From the UHGV virus genome UHGV-0010228: a stretch of DNA of 64,000 nucleotides, one strand, 5' to 3'. The notes below the pieces were generated by a model, which did no database searches, was not told the origin of the DNA, and saw nothing but the letters and a program-made list of their open reading frames with translations. Shown in pieces: positions 29,794 to 39,918 of the stretch. This stretch comes from a virus. Made by a program: the position numbers and the translations under genes. Within the stretch, counting starts at the first letter, position 1. Every line of letters starts with the position of its first letter.

Positions 29794-31611
29794 ATGGCGG
29801 ATACAATTAATAGTAAACAATTGGTCCATGATGATACTTCGTGGTCGTATAAAACTAAGAATCAAAATGGCACATATACTGCAGCAAATGTACCACTTGA
29901 ATCACAGACAAAAACATTTACATTCGCTACTGCTGGAAAATATGTTGATAAAGACATTGCATTTTCAGTCAAAGCTAAAGATGGATCTGGATCAATATCT
30001 GGTGGTGGCTTAACGATAGACGATATTAGTATAAGTGCAGGTAGTTCATATCTGACTAGCACCAATACAGGTTTAGCAATTACTGTTGGCAATAAAGCAA
30101 CTAGAGCAGCTGCTAGTTATTCTGTTGGAACGGCAGGATGGGTGGATGCAGTGGGCGACGTTACTGGTTTATCATCAACCAGTGCTAGTAAATCATTAAC
30201 AAAATATATTATAAAAGGTGCTGCTAGTGTTTCTGCAAGTCAATCAATTGGTGTAAGTGGTTCAATTAAACATGATGGATCCGGAAATCTCTCAATTTCA
30301 ATGAGTGGTTCAAAATCAATTACTGGTTCAGTTAGTACAGCTGGTTGGATAACATCTGTATCCGCAGCTAATGTAAGTGCTAGTGGTTCAGCATCTGCAA
30401 AGGCTTCTGATCTTGATTCAAACCTTAAAGCTGAGAATATTCTCACTGGTGTTAAAATCTTTGGTGTAACTGGTAAACTTCCAGAAGCTTCATTCTTAAA
30501 TGCAGTAAAAACTGGTGAAAGCGCCGATGATTATACTGATATTTCTGATGCTGAATCAACTCCCGTGCTTATCTCTGGAGACTATTTATATATAACTAAA
30601 GGCTATGTGAATGGAAATAAGAGAATTTCACTTGCTAAATTAGTTCCAGATAAAGCATCACTTGTCACTGCAGGTGCTTCAAATATGCGTTCTGGAACTA
30701 CAGCATATGATAACGATGGTAAGCTTGTGTCAGGTACAATGCCTAATGCGGTTATTACATCAGGTGCAGCAACATTAAAATCATCATCTGTAGGTGCATT
30801 AGCAAATAGTAAGTATCCATTAACGGTTACGGTTACTGCTGCAGCTCCTACGGTTGGTACAACTGGTTATATTTCATCGTCTGAGGGTACTAAGAACGCT
30901 AAAGATTCTTCGGTTACGGTTCAACTTACACCTGCAACTTGCACCGTTTCTGGTGGTGGGTTAACTGCTGGATCAGGGTCTTCATCAATTAATGTAAATG
31001 GCTATTATGATGGCACTAATGTATCTTCAACTGATAAGGTTACGCTTACAACAACTGCAGCTTCAGGTTATTATAAAATAGGCACAACTGGTAAGGGTAC
31101 AGTTAATAGAGCGGCTATTACTGATACTCATACTGCTGGTTGGTTACCTGCTAAGTCGGCTTCTACTATTAGTGCCGCAACTTCACTTTCTTCTAATAGT
31201 GGTACAAGCACATATTATATTAAGAAGTCAACACTTACAAAGGCTAGTACTGACCCAACTACTCCTACACAGAGTATTACACCATCAACTTCTAAGCAGA
31301 CATATATTATTTCTGAGGGTTACTATCCATCAGACAGAACAGTTACGGTTGCTGCTATGACAAATGGTGCTATCAGTGCAGCAGATTCAACATCAATTAC
31401 AGTTACACCTAAATTAGGTACTGCTGTAGAAGATGTTACTAATCTGAAGTACAATGTGCCAATTACTGTATCTGCTTCTGCTACGGCATATGCTAAAGTT
31501 ACTACTTCTGGTTATGTCACTAATGCTAATAATACATCAAAGGCACTTAGTGGCTCCGGGTCAGCTACAGTATCTATTGCAATGTATGATGGTACATTTA
31601 CTATATCATAA
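29794..31611 (+). CDS. Ser/Thr/Gly-rich tail fibre protein with the collar motif NLKAENILTGVKIFGVTGKLP
   Basis: ATG with RBS GAGGGAGGA. The tracked ORF begins 6 nt earlier at TTG. 605 aa. Confidence 0.65.
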   Translation: MADTINSKQLVHDDTSWSYKTKNQNGTYTAANVPLESQTKTFTFATAGKYVDKDIAFSVKAKDGSGSISGGGLTIDDISISAGSSYLTSTNTGLAITVGNKATRAAASYSVGTAGWVDAVGDVTGLSSTSASKSLTKYIIKGAASVSASQSIGVSGSIKHDGSGNLSISMSGSKSITGSVSTAGWITSVSAANVSASGSASAKASDLDSNLKAENILTGVKIFGVTGKLPEASFLNAVKTGESADDYTDISDAESTPVLISGDYLYITKGYVNGNKRISLAKLVPDKASLVTAGASNMRSGTTAYDNDGKLVSGTMPNAVITSGAATLKSSSVGALANSKYPLTVTVTAAAPTVGTTGYISSSEGTKNAKDSSVTVQLTPATCTVSGGGLTAGSGSSSINVNGYYDGTNVSSTDKVTLTTTAASGYYKIGTTGKGTVNRAAITDTHTAGWLPAKSASTISAATSLSSNSGTSTYYIKKSTLTKASTDPTTPTQSITPSTSKQTYIISEGYYPSDRTVTVAAMTNGAISAADSTSITVTPKLGTAVEDVTNLKYNVPITVSASATAYAKVTTSGYVTNANNTSKALSGSGSATVSIAMYDGTFTIS

Positions 31612-31694
31612 TTAATCATAAATAAATAACTATGTATATTAGAATAAGTTATATAATTTATTCTAATATACATTTATTATAGGAGGAAATTTAA

Positions 31695-33509
31695 ATGTCA
31701 ACAACAGACAAATTAACATATGATTCTACAAATAAAAAGAGATCTAAAACTGTGAGTCAATATGAATTATCAAAAACTTATAGTTTTAATACTAAAGGAA
31801 AATATAATGATTCAGATATAGATTTAACAGTAGATATAGATTTAGAACGACTTACTTCTGATGGAACCGCAGCACCAACTTATGTTCTTACAGGAAAAAC
31901 TTATTATAATCGCGGAAAATTATTAGAAGGTAAAATGCCAATAATTAATACTATTTCACTCAATGTATCTTCGATGGATGTTGGTTCTACAATAACTAGT
32001 GCAAGTTCTTCAAGTTATACTTTAGAATCAATAATTAATGATACTCTAACAGACCTTAAATCTTACATTTATTCAGCACTGGATAATGGAATAACAACGG
32101 TTAGGTTTTCGATAACAAATTCTAATCTGGCAGCCTCAATAGGTCTCACTGCAGACAAAATACTTAAAGGTAATACCATATTAGGCATTGATGGAACTGT
32201 GGAGAGCGGCTCAACTTTAGGAAAAGTATATAAACAATCAAATTTTATTATGTCTTCAACTGATAGCTCGATCTGTGTAACGAAATTTTTTAATAAAATA
32301 TTAGTAGCTCAGGTTAATAACGCGTTATATTATTCTGAGGATGGAATAGATTGGACTATATCGAATATTACAACGGGTGCATATTATAGTAAGGCTAATG
32401 AAGTCAGTGGATATGCATTATTATATGGTGAAGCTAAGGGGTGTTTGTATTCTACTGATGGAAAAACGTGGACAAATCTTTCCGGTTCTCTTAGTACAGC
32501 AAATATATCGTATGCCACAGTATTGCTTGATAGCCTTTATGTATCACCAATTAGGAATGGTTTATGGAGAACGTTAGGTACCATTGGTACTACCATGTAT
32601 AGGTGTTTCTCACTTACTTCAGCCGAATATTATGACAAAATTGTTACTTTTGGAGCAGGGAAAAAACAAATAATAATTGCAATAGGTGGCGATAGTAATA
32701 CTGGTATAGTATATTATATGAAAGGGTCAGATACATCATGGACAAAATATGATACTATTACATCTAGGATTGATAACATAATTCAATTAGATAATGGATT
32801 ATACGTCGCAACATCAAGTGTTGGAAGTCATTCGTATTATTCATCGGATCTTATTACATGGAATACCCATAGTGGAATAGAAGATTATGATGTATACACT
32901 CCGGGTGCACTTGCTTATGTTAGTGATAAACCAATTAATGGTAGTCGATATATTGGAATTGCTAATAATAACACTGGACTTTATTATTCTGTAGATGGTA
33001 AAGAATGGATTCAGTCTAGTTTAACTGATGTGCGTTACAGTAGTAGTTCCAATAATAATGGTTTATATATATCAAATAATTATAATTTTGCTATTCAAGT
33101 ATTTACTTTGAATAGTGCTGGCTCACAGAATGGAATATGGTATACTACTAATGGTATTGATTGGACTAAATCAAACAGATCTGGTACTTATTTAGATCCA
33201 ATTGTAGAACTACCGTATTATAACTTATTATATTCTGGATATTATTATTCTGAGGATAATGGTAAGACTTGGGTCCGGTCAAACTTATCACATAAAATAT
33301 ATAATGAGTACTTATACGTCACTGATTCAATAATATGTTATAACTATGACACATATTTATATTATTCGACTGATGGTAAAGTATGGACCAAAGTTAATAC
33401 AAACCATATGTCAGGATTAACATTCGGCGGTATTAGTACTTCAATTGTATCTATTAAAGGCCGAATTATTGTTCCTGACGGCAAATTGGGATTTTTATAC
33501 TCAGAATAA
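31695..33509 (+). CDS. tail fibre protein with BNR/Asp-box-like repeats (YYSEDGIDWTISN, LYSTDGKTWTNLS, YYSVDGKEWIQSS, WYTTNGIDWTKSN, YYSEDNGKTWVRSN, YYSTDGKVWTKVN)
   Basis: RBS AGGAGGAAA. 604 aa. Collar motif LTADKILKGNTILGIDGTVE. Confidence 0.7.
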   Translation: MSTTDKLTYDSTNKKRSKTVSQYELSKTYSFNTKGKYNDSDIDLTVDIDLERLTSDGTAAPTYVLTGKTYYNRGKLLEGKMPIINTISLNVSSMDVGSTITSASSSSYTLESIINDTLTDLKSYIYSALDNGITTVRFSITNSNLAASIGLTADKILKGNTILGIDGTVESGSTLGKVYKQSNFIMSSTDSSICVTKFFNKILVAQVNNALYYSEDGIDWTISNITTGAYYSKANEVSGYALLYGEAKGCLYSTDGKTWTNLSGSLSTANISYATVLLDSLYVSPIRNGLWRTLGTIGTTMYRCFSLTSAEYYDKIVTFGAGKKQIIIAIGGDSNTGIVYYMKGSDTSWTKYDTITSRIDNIIQLDNGLYVATSSVGSHSYYSSDLITWNTHSGIEDYDVYTPGALAYVSDKPINGSRYIGIANNNTGLYYSVDGKEWIQSSLTDVRYSSSSNNNGLYISNNYNFAIQVFTLNSAGSQNGIWYTTNGIDWTKSNRSGTYLDPIVELPYYNLLYSGYYYSEDNGKTWVRSNLSHKIYNEYLYVTDSIICYNYDTYLYYSTDGKVWTKVNTNHMSGLTFGGISTSIVSIKGRIIVPDGKLGFLYSE

Positions 33510-33531
33510 CAAAGGAGGAGAATATTTTATT

Positions 33532-33738
33532 ATGAATTTAAATCTTAAAAACTTATATATCCGTCATGCGAAGGATATTAAAAATCTAGCAGATTCTAAA
33601 GCTGTAGATGTTGGAGTTGCACTCGATATGTGGTGTAATGATAGAGGAATTAGATATGTTCCTCACGATAATGAACAAATAGAATTCCTTAATTTATGTA
33701 GAGAGCATACTTTAGATAAAGTAGTAGAATCTTTATAA
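33532..33738 (+). CDS. small hypothetical protein (68 aa) downstream of the fibre gene
   Basis: RBS AAAGGAGGAG 8 nt before ATG MNLNLKNLY. The tracked ORF starts earlier, inside the fibre gene. Confidence 0.55.
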   Translation: MNLNLKNLYIRHAKDIKNLADSKAVDVGVALDMWCNDRGIRYVPHDNEQIEFLNLCREHTLDKVVESL

Positions 33739-33756
33739 AAATAATAATAATATTAG

Positions 33757-33780
33757 AGAATAGACAAAATTGTCTATTCT
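33757..33780 (+). terminator. hairpin (AGAATAGACA-AAAT-TGTCTATTCT). A variant of the repeated GAATGACTA..TAGTCATTC element.
   Basis: 10-bp perfect stem after the stop at 33738. Confidence 0.55.
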
Positions 33781-33792
33781 CTCTCTATTATT

Positions 33793-34040
33793 TCTCTATT
33801 ACTTTCTCTATTATAACCTATAAATTAATATAATAATATCTATAGTATAGAATAATTATATAATATAATTATTCTATACTATAGATATTATTATATTAAT
33901 TTATAGTATTTTATATTATATATAGATTATAACTATAGAAAGGAGATTATATAATTATGGCTTTTTATAGATGTGATAGAGGATTAGGATTTGATATAAG
34001 TAATAGTACAGGAAATAGTAGTGATGTATTGTATAGTAAG
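33793..34040 (+). repeat. left arm of a ~248-bp near-perfect inverted repeat (promoter region, 71-nt palindrome, RBS and first ~28 codons) shared by convergent paralogues
   Basis: The reverse complement of 37566..37813 is identical over the 164 nt upstream of the ATG and over 57+24 nt of CDS (checked base by base). Confidence 0.85.
33827..33897. promoter_or_regulatory. 71-nt perfect palindrome (AATATAATAATATCTATAGTATAGAATAATTATAT-A-ATATAATTATTCTATACTATAGATATTATTATATT) about 60 nt upstream of the start. Candidate promoter/operator.
   Basis: Exact self-complementarity read from the sequence. A second full copy is at 37709..37779 and half-copies at ~53270..53300 and ~54808..54862. Confidence 0.6.
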
Positions 34041-35744
34041 AAGTTTAATAGAGATGTAGGTGATGTACAATTAAATGAATATAAGTTTCCATCACGTATA
34101 TCTTACTCGCTACTTTCAAATAACTCTTTTAGAATTAATTCTAATATATATTTTGTAAATAATCTTTCAATAGATGGTGTTAAGCCCAGTGATATTAAAT
34201 TAGGAATTAATCTATACAACATAAATGGAACTACTAAAATGGCTTGTGCTAATTATAAAGAAACTACCCCCTTTCAGTATATTTCTGATTATATTCCATA
34301 TTACAAATCCTCATGTTGTATATCCCCATCAATTGGGTATAATAATTATATTTGTGGAAATAATACAATATACCAGATAAATAATGATGATAATCATATT
34401 ATTAAAAAATTTAATCTTACAGAAATTCGTAATCAGATTAATTTTTTATATCATAGATATCGATCTCAAAAAATTGAATCTTTTGTTAGTTCTAGATATG
34501 TACCAGAAATTTTAATATATGATTACATTCATAAGACCGATGATCAAATAAAAACGATCTATAAAAATTATTTCAAATCTAATGGCAATATAAACATTGA
34601 TCCTGATGATTATATTATTAATTATTTCAATAATTTTTATCATCAGGAAATCTACTCTAGCGATATCGGAATATACTCTGAATGCGAAAATTATTTAATG
34701 TGTTATTTTCTCGGAAACGAAATTGGATCAGAAATGATTGATAGTATTGTATTTAAGAATATTGATAATGGGAAATATGACGCTGTATATGATTATACTC
34801 CTGCGGGTAGATATACTAGACATTTAGTATACTTTTTAATTAAGATTGAGAATGACGAAATATATTTATATTCACAAACACTTTTTTCTAATGAAGAATT
34901 TAGATATAAATCTCTTCTAAAAATTGATAATAATCATATCTATCATACAATTAACAATAGATCCTCGATGATAGTATGTGAACGAAATTCGAAAACATTT
35001 GAAATAATCGCTAAATACTCGGGATTTTATGACAATACGTATTATTGCAATATTATTGAGCAAGATAATTATTTTTATTATGTTAAATATGCTAAATTAT
35101 ATAAACTAGATTTGGATCTTAATTTGATATCATCTGAATTATTTGATAATGTTGCAACATTATATGGTGATGATCATATAAGTAAAAATCTTTACGCGAC
35201 GCGGTTATCATATTCAAAAAATCATATTAATATATATGGGTTTACCAACGGATTTGGCTCGAAATCAACTACATTTAATGGTATTTCTGGAACTACGAAA
35301 TATCTTCATAATGATGAAACTTATATAGATATACCAATTCAAACAAATCTAAATACACTTACATTAGCAAATCCTAATCTGCTTAGGGTATATGTTACTG
35401 GTTCTATACACATGCTAGAAGATGTAGCGTGGCTCGAAACAGATGATTGTATATTCATGTTTTATAATAAATCAGAAGCTCCATTATATACAGTATTCAA
35501 TACTGATTTTACATATGGCTACACATTAGATTTATCACAGTATGCATTCTATGATATTTTATCACTGAATTTAAAAAATAATGTATTATATATATCATAT
35601 AGAGATAGTAATCGCAATAGATTAAATATTTCTCGTATAGATCTCTACATCAATATTCTTTACTTTCTTAACAATTATAATGAAATTAATATAACTAATA
35701 TAGACTCTTCTAATTCTAATTATACAGATTACTATTTTAATTAA
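33957..35744 (+). CDS. Asn/Tyr/Ile-rich low-complexity protein, paralogue A (N-terminus MAFYRCDRGLGFDISNSTG..., C-terminus ...YTDYYFN)
   Basis: RBS AAAGGAGATT. 595 aa. Coding GC is extremely low. Confidence 0.7.
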   Translation: MAFYRCDRGLGFDISNSTGNSSDVLYSKKFNRDVGDVQLNEYKFPSRISYSLLSNNSFRINSNIYFVNNLSIDGVKPSDIKLGINLYNINGTTKMACANYKETTPFQYISDYIPYYKSSCCISPSIGYNNYICGNNTIYQINNDDNHIIKKFNLTEIRNQINFLYHRYRSQKIESFVSSRYVPEILIYDYIHKTDDQIKTIYKNYFKSNGNINIDPDDYIINYFNNFYHQEIYSSDIGIYSECENYLMCYFLGNEIGSEMIDSIVFKNIDNGKYDAVYDYTPAGRYTRHLVYFLIKIENDEIYLYSQTLFSNEEFRYKSLLKIDNNHIYHTINNRSSMIVCERNSKTFEIIAKYSGFYDNTYYCNIIEQDNYFYYVKYAKLYKLDLDLNLISSELFDNVATLYGDDHISKNLYATRLSYSKNHINIYGFTNGFGSKSTTFNGISGTTKYLHNDETYIDIPIQTNLNTLTLANPNLLRVYVTGSIHMLEDVAWLETDDCIFMFYNKSEAPLYTVFNTDFTYGYTLDLSQYAFYDILSLNLKNNVLYISYRDSNRNRLNISRIDLYINILYFLNNYNEINITNIDSSNSNYTDYYFN

Positions 35745-35786
35745 TAAAATATACATACTATCTATTATAGATAGTATGTATTTGAT

Positions 35787-37649
35787 TTAGTTAAAGTAAT
35801 AATCAGTATAAGATTCATTAGATGTATCTATAGAATATCCAGAATATGATGTATCATAATCATTAAGAAGATAAAGAGTAGAAGCGTTTTTCGCTAATTC
35901 TATAATAAAATATTCCGAACAATAAGGATTTTTGTTTCCACTCGAATAGACAACATGCGGCATAAATAAATAACGGAATTTATCAATTGGCGATATTAAA
36001 TATTCAAAATTTGAATTCATTTTATCTTCAAATAGACGAATCTCAACTTCATTTGGATAATATGACAGTCTATTTAATAAAATATTTCTTTTAGTCGAAT
36101 ACGCATTCAAAGAAACCATATCCACGCAGAAAGATGTATTTTTTTTTGTAGCGTTACCACTTTCGACATCTGGTAATTTATAATTTATATCATTAAATGC
36201 TTCTAAATTTTCTAAATAATATCCACTAAATGAGTTATCTGAGTCGTAACATCCGTTCAATGTCGAAAGGTATGCTGAATAATACGTTTTTCGAGAGTCA
36301 TAAGAAAAATATAGTTGATTTCCAATTGGAAGTGGAACTAAATTATACCTGTTATGAAAATAAATATTAGTCTGTTTAGTGTTATTGGATATAAAATAAA
36401 GATTAATATATTTATCAATAATTAATTCTCCTGATATTATATCATAATATCTAATCTTATTAGAAAAAAAGACTATTAATTTTGAATTATCTTGGCTTAT
36501 TTTATATATTAAATTAAAGGATCCGTCGCCACTGATAGATTGAAATGGTTTATTAAATATTGCTATTTCAGACAAGGAATTTCTATCAATTACCACAACG
36601 CAATAATCAGTTACGTAAGTAGATTTATAAACATACATATCATCATTAATATATGAGTGGTTATTACTAGTATTATAGACCTCAGTGCTATACATCCAAT
36701 ATTTGGCCAGAATCGCCTGATATTCGTTCGTAGAAGAGTTCATTCCCACTTTATCATTTGGATCAATCTCGAACTTATAACCAATTAAATACGTGTCCGA
36801 GACATCTAGTATTGAATATGTTTTCCATTTATTTCCTGAATTCATAGAATAATCAATAAGCTCCATATTTTTATTAAATTTACACCAAATATAACCTGGA
36901 TATATACGTGAAAAATATTTCTTATATGGCGAATCATTATATGAAAATCTAAAATCTGTAACGTATGGTTTTGGAAATAATAAGAAATAATCTCCCATAT
37001 CATATAATTTAGTTTTTCGGTGGTTTATGTACTTATGAGCATCATATGTATTAGAATCTACCAATGGTGAATTTGGAAATGTGATGTGTTTTATAAGTAA
37101 ACCATCTGAATTATATATGTAATAATGTATTAAGCTGTTATAATCAGAGACTGAAAATATATAACAATTATTTGAGCTGTCATATGATATTCTATCATAT
37201 CTAATATCATAATGGGTTTTATATGAATACAGATCGTAACGTATCATAGCTGTCTCATAAAATAATAAACTAGCAAATATGTGATCCAATTCGGGCATGT
37301 TAATGTATTTTATGGGACTCGTTGTTGTGTCAACAAATTTACAACATCCACGGATACCATAAATTTCCACTTTCTCAGAAATATAATTTTTAATATCCTT
37401 TGTTGTTGGTATAGTGATATCTTTAGTTAACATTGATGGCCTATATCCTCTTTCGTCATAGGATAAATAGTAATCATTCATATGATTTATTGTATTAAAC
37501 CATACGCTATAAAATGAATTTAACGTTTCAATATTACCTTTTCTACTCTCTCCATTGTTAAACGTCTTACTATACAATACATCACTACTCTCTCCTGTAC
37601 TATTACTTATATCAAATCCTAATCCTCTATCACATCTATAAAAAGCCAT
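35787..37649 (-). CDS. Asn/Tyr-rich protein, paralogue B (same N- and C-termini as 33957..35744, divergent middle)
   Basis: 620 aa, convergent with paralogue A. Identical RBS and leader. Confidence 0.7.
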   Translation of the reverse strand: MAFYRCDRGLGFDISNSTGESSDVLYSKTFNNGESRKGNIETLNSFYSVWFNTINHMNDYYLSYDERGYRPSMLTKDITIPTTKDIKNYISEKVEIYGIRGCCKFVDTTTSPIKYINMPELDHIFASLLFYETAMIRYDLYSYKTHYDIRYDRISYDSSNNCYIFSVSDYNSLIHYYIYNSDGLLIKHITFPNSPLVDSNTYDAHKYINHRKTKLYDMGDYFLLFPKPYVTDFRFSYNDSPYKKYFSRIYPGYIWCKFNKNMELIDYSMNSGNKWKTYSILDVSDTYLIGYKFEIDPNDKVGMNSSTNEYQAILAKYWMYSTEVYNTSNNHSYINDDMYVYKSTYVTDYCVVVIDRNSLSEIAIFNKPFQSISGDGSFNLIYKISQDNSKLIVFFSNKIRYYDIISGELIIDKYINLYFISNNTKQTNIYFHNRYNLVPLPIGNQLYFSYDSRKTYYSAYLSTLNGCYDSDNSFSGYYLENLEAFNDINYKLPDVESGNATKKNTSFCVDMVSLNAYSTKRNILLNRLSYYPNEVEIRLFEDKMNSNFEYLISPIDKFRYLFMPHVVYSSGNKNPYCSEYFIIELAKNASTLYLLNDYDTSYSGYSIDTSNESYTDYYFN

Positions 37650-37813
37650 AATTATATAATCTCCTTTCTATAGTTATAATCTATATATAATATAAAATAC
37701 TATAAATTAATATAATAATATCTATAGTATAGAATAATTATATAATATAATTATTCTATACTATAGATATTATTATATTAATTTATAGGTTATAATAGAG
37801 AAAGTAATAGAGA
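37566..37813 (-). repeat. right arm of the ~248-bp inverted repeat (includes the palindrome copy at 37709..37779)
   Basis: See left arm. Confidence 0.85.
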
Positions 37814-37827
37814 TATAGAGATATAGA

Positions 37828-37860
37828 GAATGACTATTATTAGTCATTCTATTTGTTTTT
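37828..37860 (+). promoter_or_regulatory. operator-like palindrome GAATGACTA-TTAT-TAGTCATTC followed by T12. Either a hairpin terminator or a dimeric-repressor site. Further copies at 54764..54785 and 53323..53346.
   Basis: 9-bp perfect half-sites. It recurs three times in equivalent positions next to the promoter modules. Confidence 0.5.
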
Positions 37861-37909
37861 TTTTTGTTATACATTATATTAATATTATATAATATAAGGA
37901 GGTATTATA

Positions 37910-38734
37910 ATGTTTGATTTATATAATACATTAGAATCATATAATATAATAGATAATGATTATGCATATGAAGGTATTATAGATAAAGTAAAAAATGTAG
38001 GTAGTACTATATGGGGATTTGTAAAGAAAATGTGGAAAGGAATGAAAGCTAAACTCGCATGGCTAGTTAAAAAAATGATACGTTCAGTTATAGGTAAAGA
38101 TACGAAGAAAAAGTCTAAAGATGATGATGTTATTGAAGTTGATGCTAAACCTGTAAATAATAAATCTGAAGATTCAAATGAATATAAAAATACAGTAAAT
38201 AATGCAAAATCAAATATTAATGCTAGGCATTTAGATGTGAAACTATTAGAAAAATTCTTTAATCTTAGCATGAAACTTTCATCGATACATAGTATAATTA
38301 ATAGATATCGTATAATGCTGAATCGCCAGTCGTTACATGATGCTAAAATATTTCGAGATTTAGGTGTTGATGTCGATGATATCAAGGTTGATGAAAACGA
38401 CAATGATGATGAGGAGAATAAACTTAGAATATCAGAAACTAAATCATTCATTGAAGAATTACAAGAAACGCTTAATAAGATTCCTAAGGAAAGCCGCATA
38501 AATCTTAAAGAATTTATTAAAACTAATGAATCAGTAACAAAAGCATTCGTTACTGATTGTAACAAAACCATTAAAGAAATTGATGAAATTTTAAAAGAAG
38601 TTGATAAGTTAGTAAAAACATCAACAAGTATAACAGAAAAGACAAAAAATATTATAATCACAAACACAAAAGAGATATCTCAAATAGTTGCAGCATATTA
38701 TAAGTGTATGTCGGATGCTTATTTTTTACATTAA
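37910..38734 (+). CDS. alpha-helical hypothetical protein, MFDLY family copy 1 (first 36 aa identical to 53694..54704)
   Basis: RBS TAAGGAGGT. 274 aa. Confidence 0.65.
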   Translation: MFDLYNTLESYNIIDNDYAYEGIIDKVKNVGSTIWGFVKKMWKGMKAKLAWLVKKMIRSVIGKDTKKKSKDDDVIEVDAKPVNNKSEDSNEYKNTVNNAKSNINARHLDVKLLEKFFNLSMKLSSIHSIINRYRIMLNRQSLHDAKIFRDLGVDVDDIKVDENDNDDEENKLRISETKSFIEELQETLNKIPKESRINLKEFIKTNESVTKAFVTDCNKTIKEIDEILKEVDKLVKTSTSITEKTKNIIITNTKEISQIVAAYYKCMSDAYFLH

Positions 38735-38740
38735 TATAAT

Positions 38741-38775
38741 AAATAGAATTACTCATATGAGTAATTCTATTTATT
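38741..38775. terminator. 32-nt perfect palindrome/terminator (AAATAGAATTACTCATATGAGTAATTCTATTT)
   Basis: Self-complementary sequence after the stop at 38734. Confidence 0.6.
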
Positions 38776-38870
38776 AATATCCTTTATTTTACCTTATAAT
38801 ATCAACATTCTTATAATATGTTACATTTTGTCATGGTAATTTTATTAATTAATATAAAGGAGGTATTTGT

Positions 38871-39896
38871 ATGCCTAGTACAATACGTGGATCACTTGTA
38901 GTTCCCCCTAAAGGTAATTCTACAGGAGGATCTGGTGGATTTGTAATTACTGTAGATTCTGATGGAAACCTTGATAAATCTTGGGGTGAAATAATCACCG
39001 CAAATAATGAAGGTCAGAATTTAATTATAAAAACCGTAGATGCCAATGGAAATGAACGTATTTTATATTTAGACAATATTGATGTAGATTCAACTACAAA
39101 TATTGGTGATATCACATTTGTAAGTGGTACTGTTGATGGTGATGCTTTACAGTTAATATTATCATCTACTGATGGCGTTAATCATACAAAAACCACAACA
39201 AATGTAAATTATGTTGTAGCAGGTGCTGATGGTAAGTTAGATGGAAATTCTATTCCATCAGCATCAGCAACTACTGCAGGTGGAGTTAAATTATCCGATG
39301 CTACAGATTCAGATTTAAATGCAGCTACCGGTGGAACTGCTGCTACTCCTTATGCAGTTAAACAGTTGGCTACTTTAGTTGGTGAAAAGACATCATTTAG
39401 AGAAGTTACTCAGGCAGAATATGATGCATTAGTAGCAGCAAATACTGATGATCCTGAAGTTATCTATGTAATAACAGATTCGGATGATAGTAAGATCATT
39501 GGTCTTATAAATGAAACTATTCATCAGAATCAGACAACGTGGTATGGGACTTCTTCTACTGTAGCAAACTCTCCGGGTAAAACTGTAACTACTACAGGTG
39601 GAGATTTTGTACTCAAAGCAGGTAAGAAAGTAACTGTTAAGTTTACTAATGGTAATACTGCATCAGATATAACTTTAAATGTTGATGGTATGGGTATAAA
39701 GAAAATAACTAGATATGGTACTGTAGCTTCAGGAATATATCCTTGGAGTGCGGGTTCAGTTATTGATTTTATATACGATGGTGAAAGTTTTATAGCATTA
39801 AATGCAACTCCTACTATTCGTATAGGGACTAAAACTCCATCAGCATCAGATGGTATAGATGGTGATATCTTCTTAGTTTATGATGCTAAATCATAA
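38871..39896 (+). CDS. tail fibre protein with the N-terminus MPSTIRGSLVVPPKG (same motif as 29092)
   Basis: RBS AAAGGAGGTA. 341 aa. Confidence 0.7.
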   Translation: MPSTIRGSLVVPPKGNSTGGSGGFVITVDSDGNLDKSWGEIITANNEGQNLIIKTVDANGNERILYLDNIDVDSTTNIGDITFVSGTVDGDALQLILSSTDGVNHTKTTTNVNYVVAGADGKLDGNSIPSASATTAGGVKLSDATDSDLNAATGGTAATPYAVKQLATLVGEKTSFREVTQAEYDALVAANTDDPEVIYVITDSDDSKIIGLINETIHQNQTTWYGTSSTVANSPGKTVTTTGGDFVLKAGKKVTVKFTNGNTASDITLNVDGMGIKKITRYGTVASGIYPWSAGSVIDFIYDGESFIALNATPTIRIGTKTPSASDGIDGDIFLVYDAKS

Positions 39897-39918
39897 TAAG
39901 GAGGTGTGTCATCTTATT

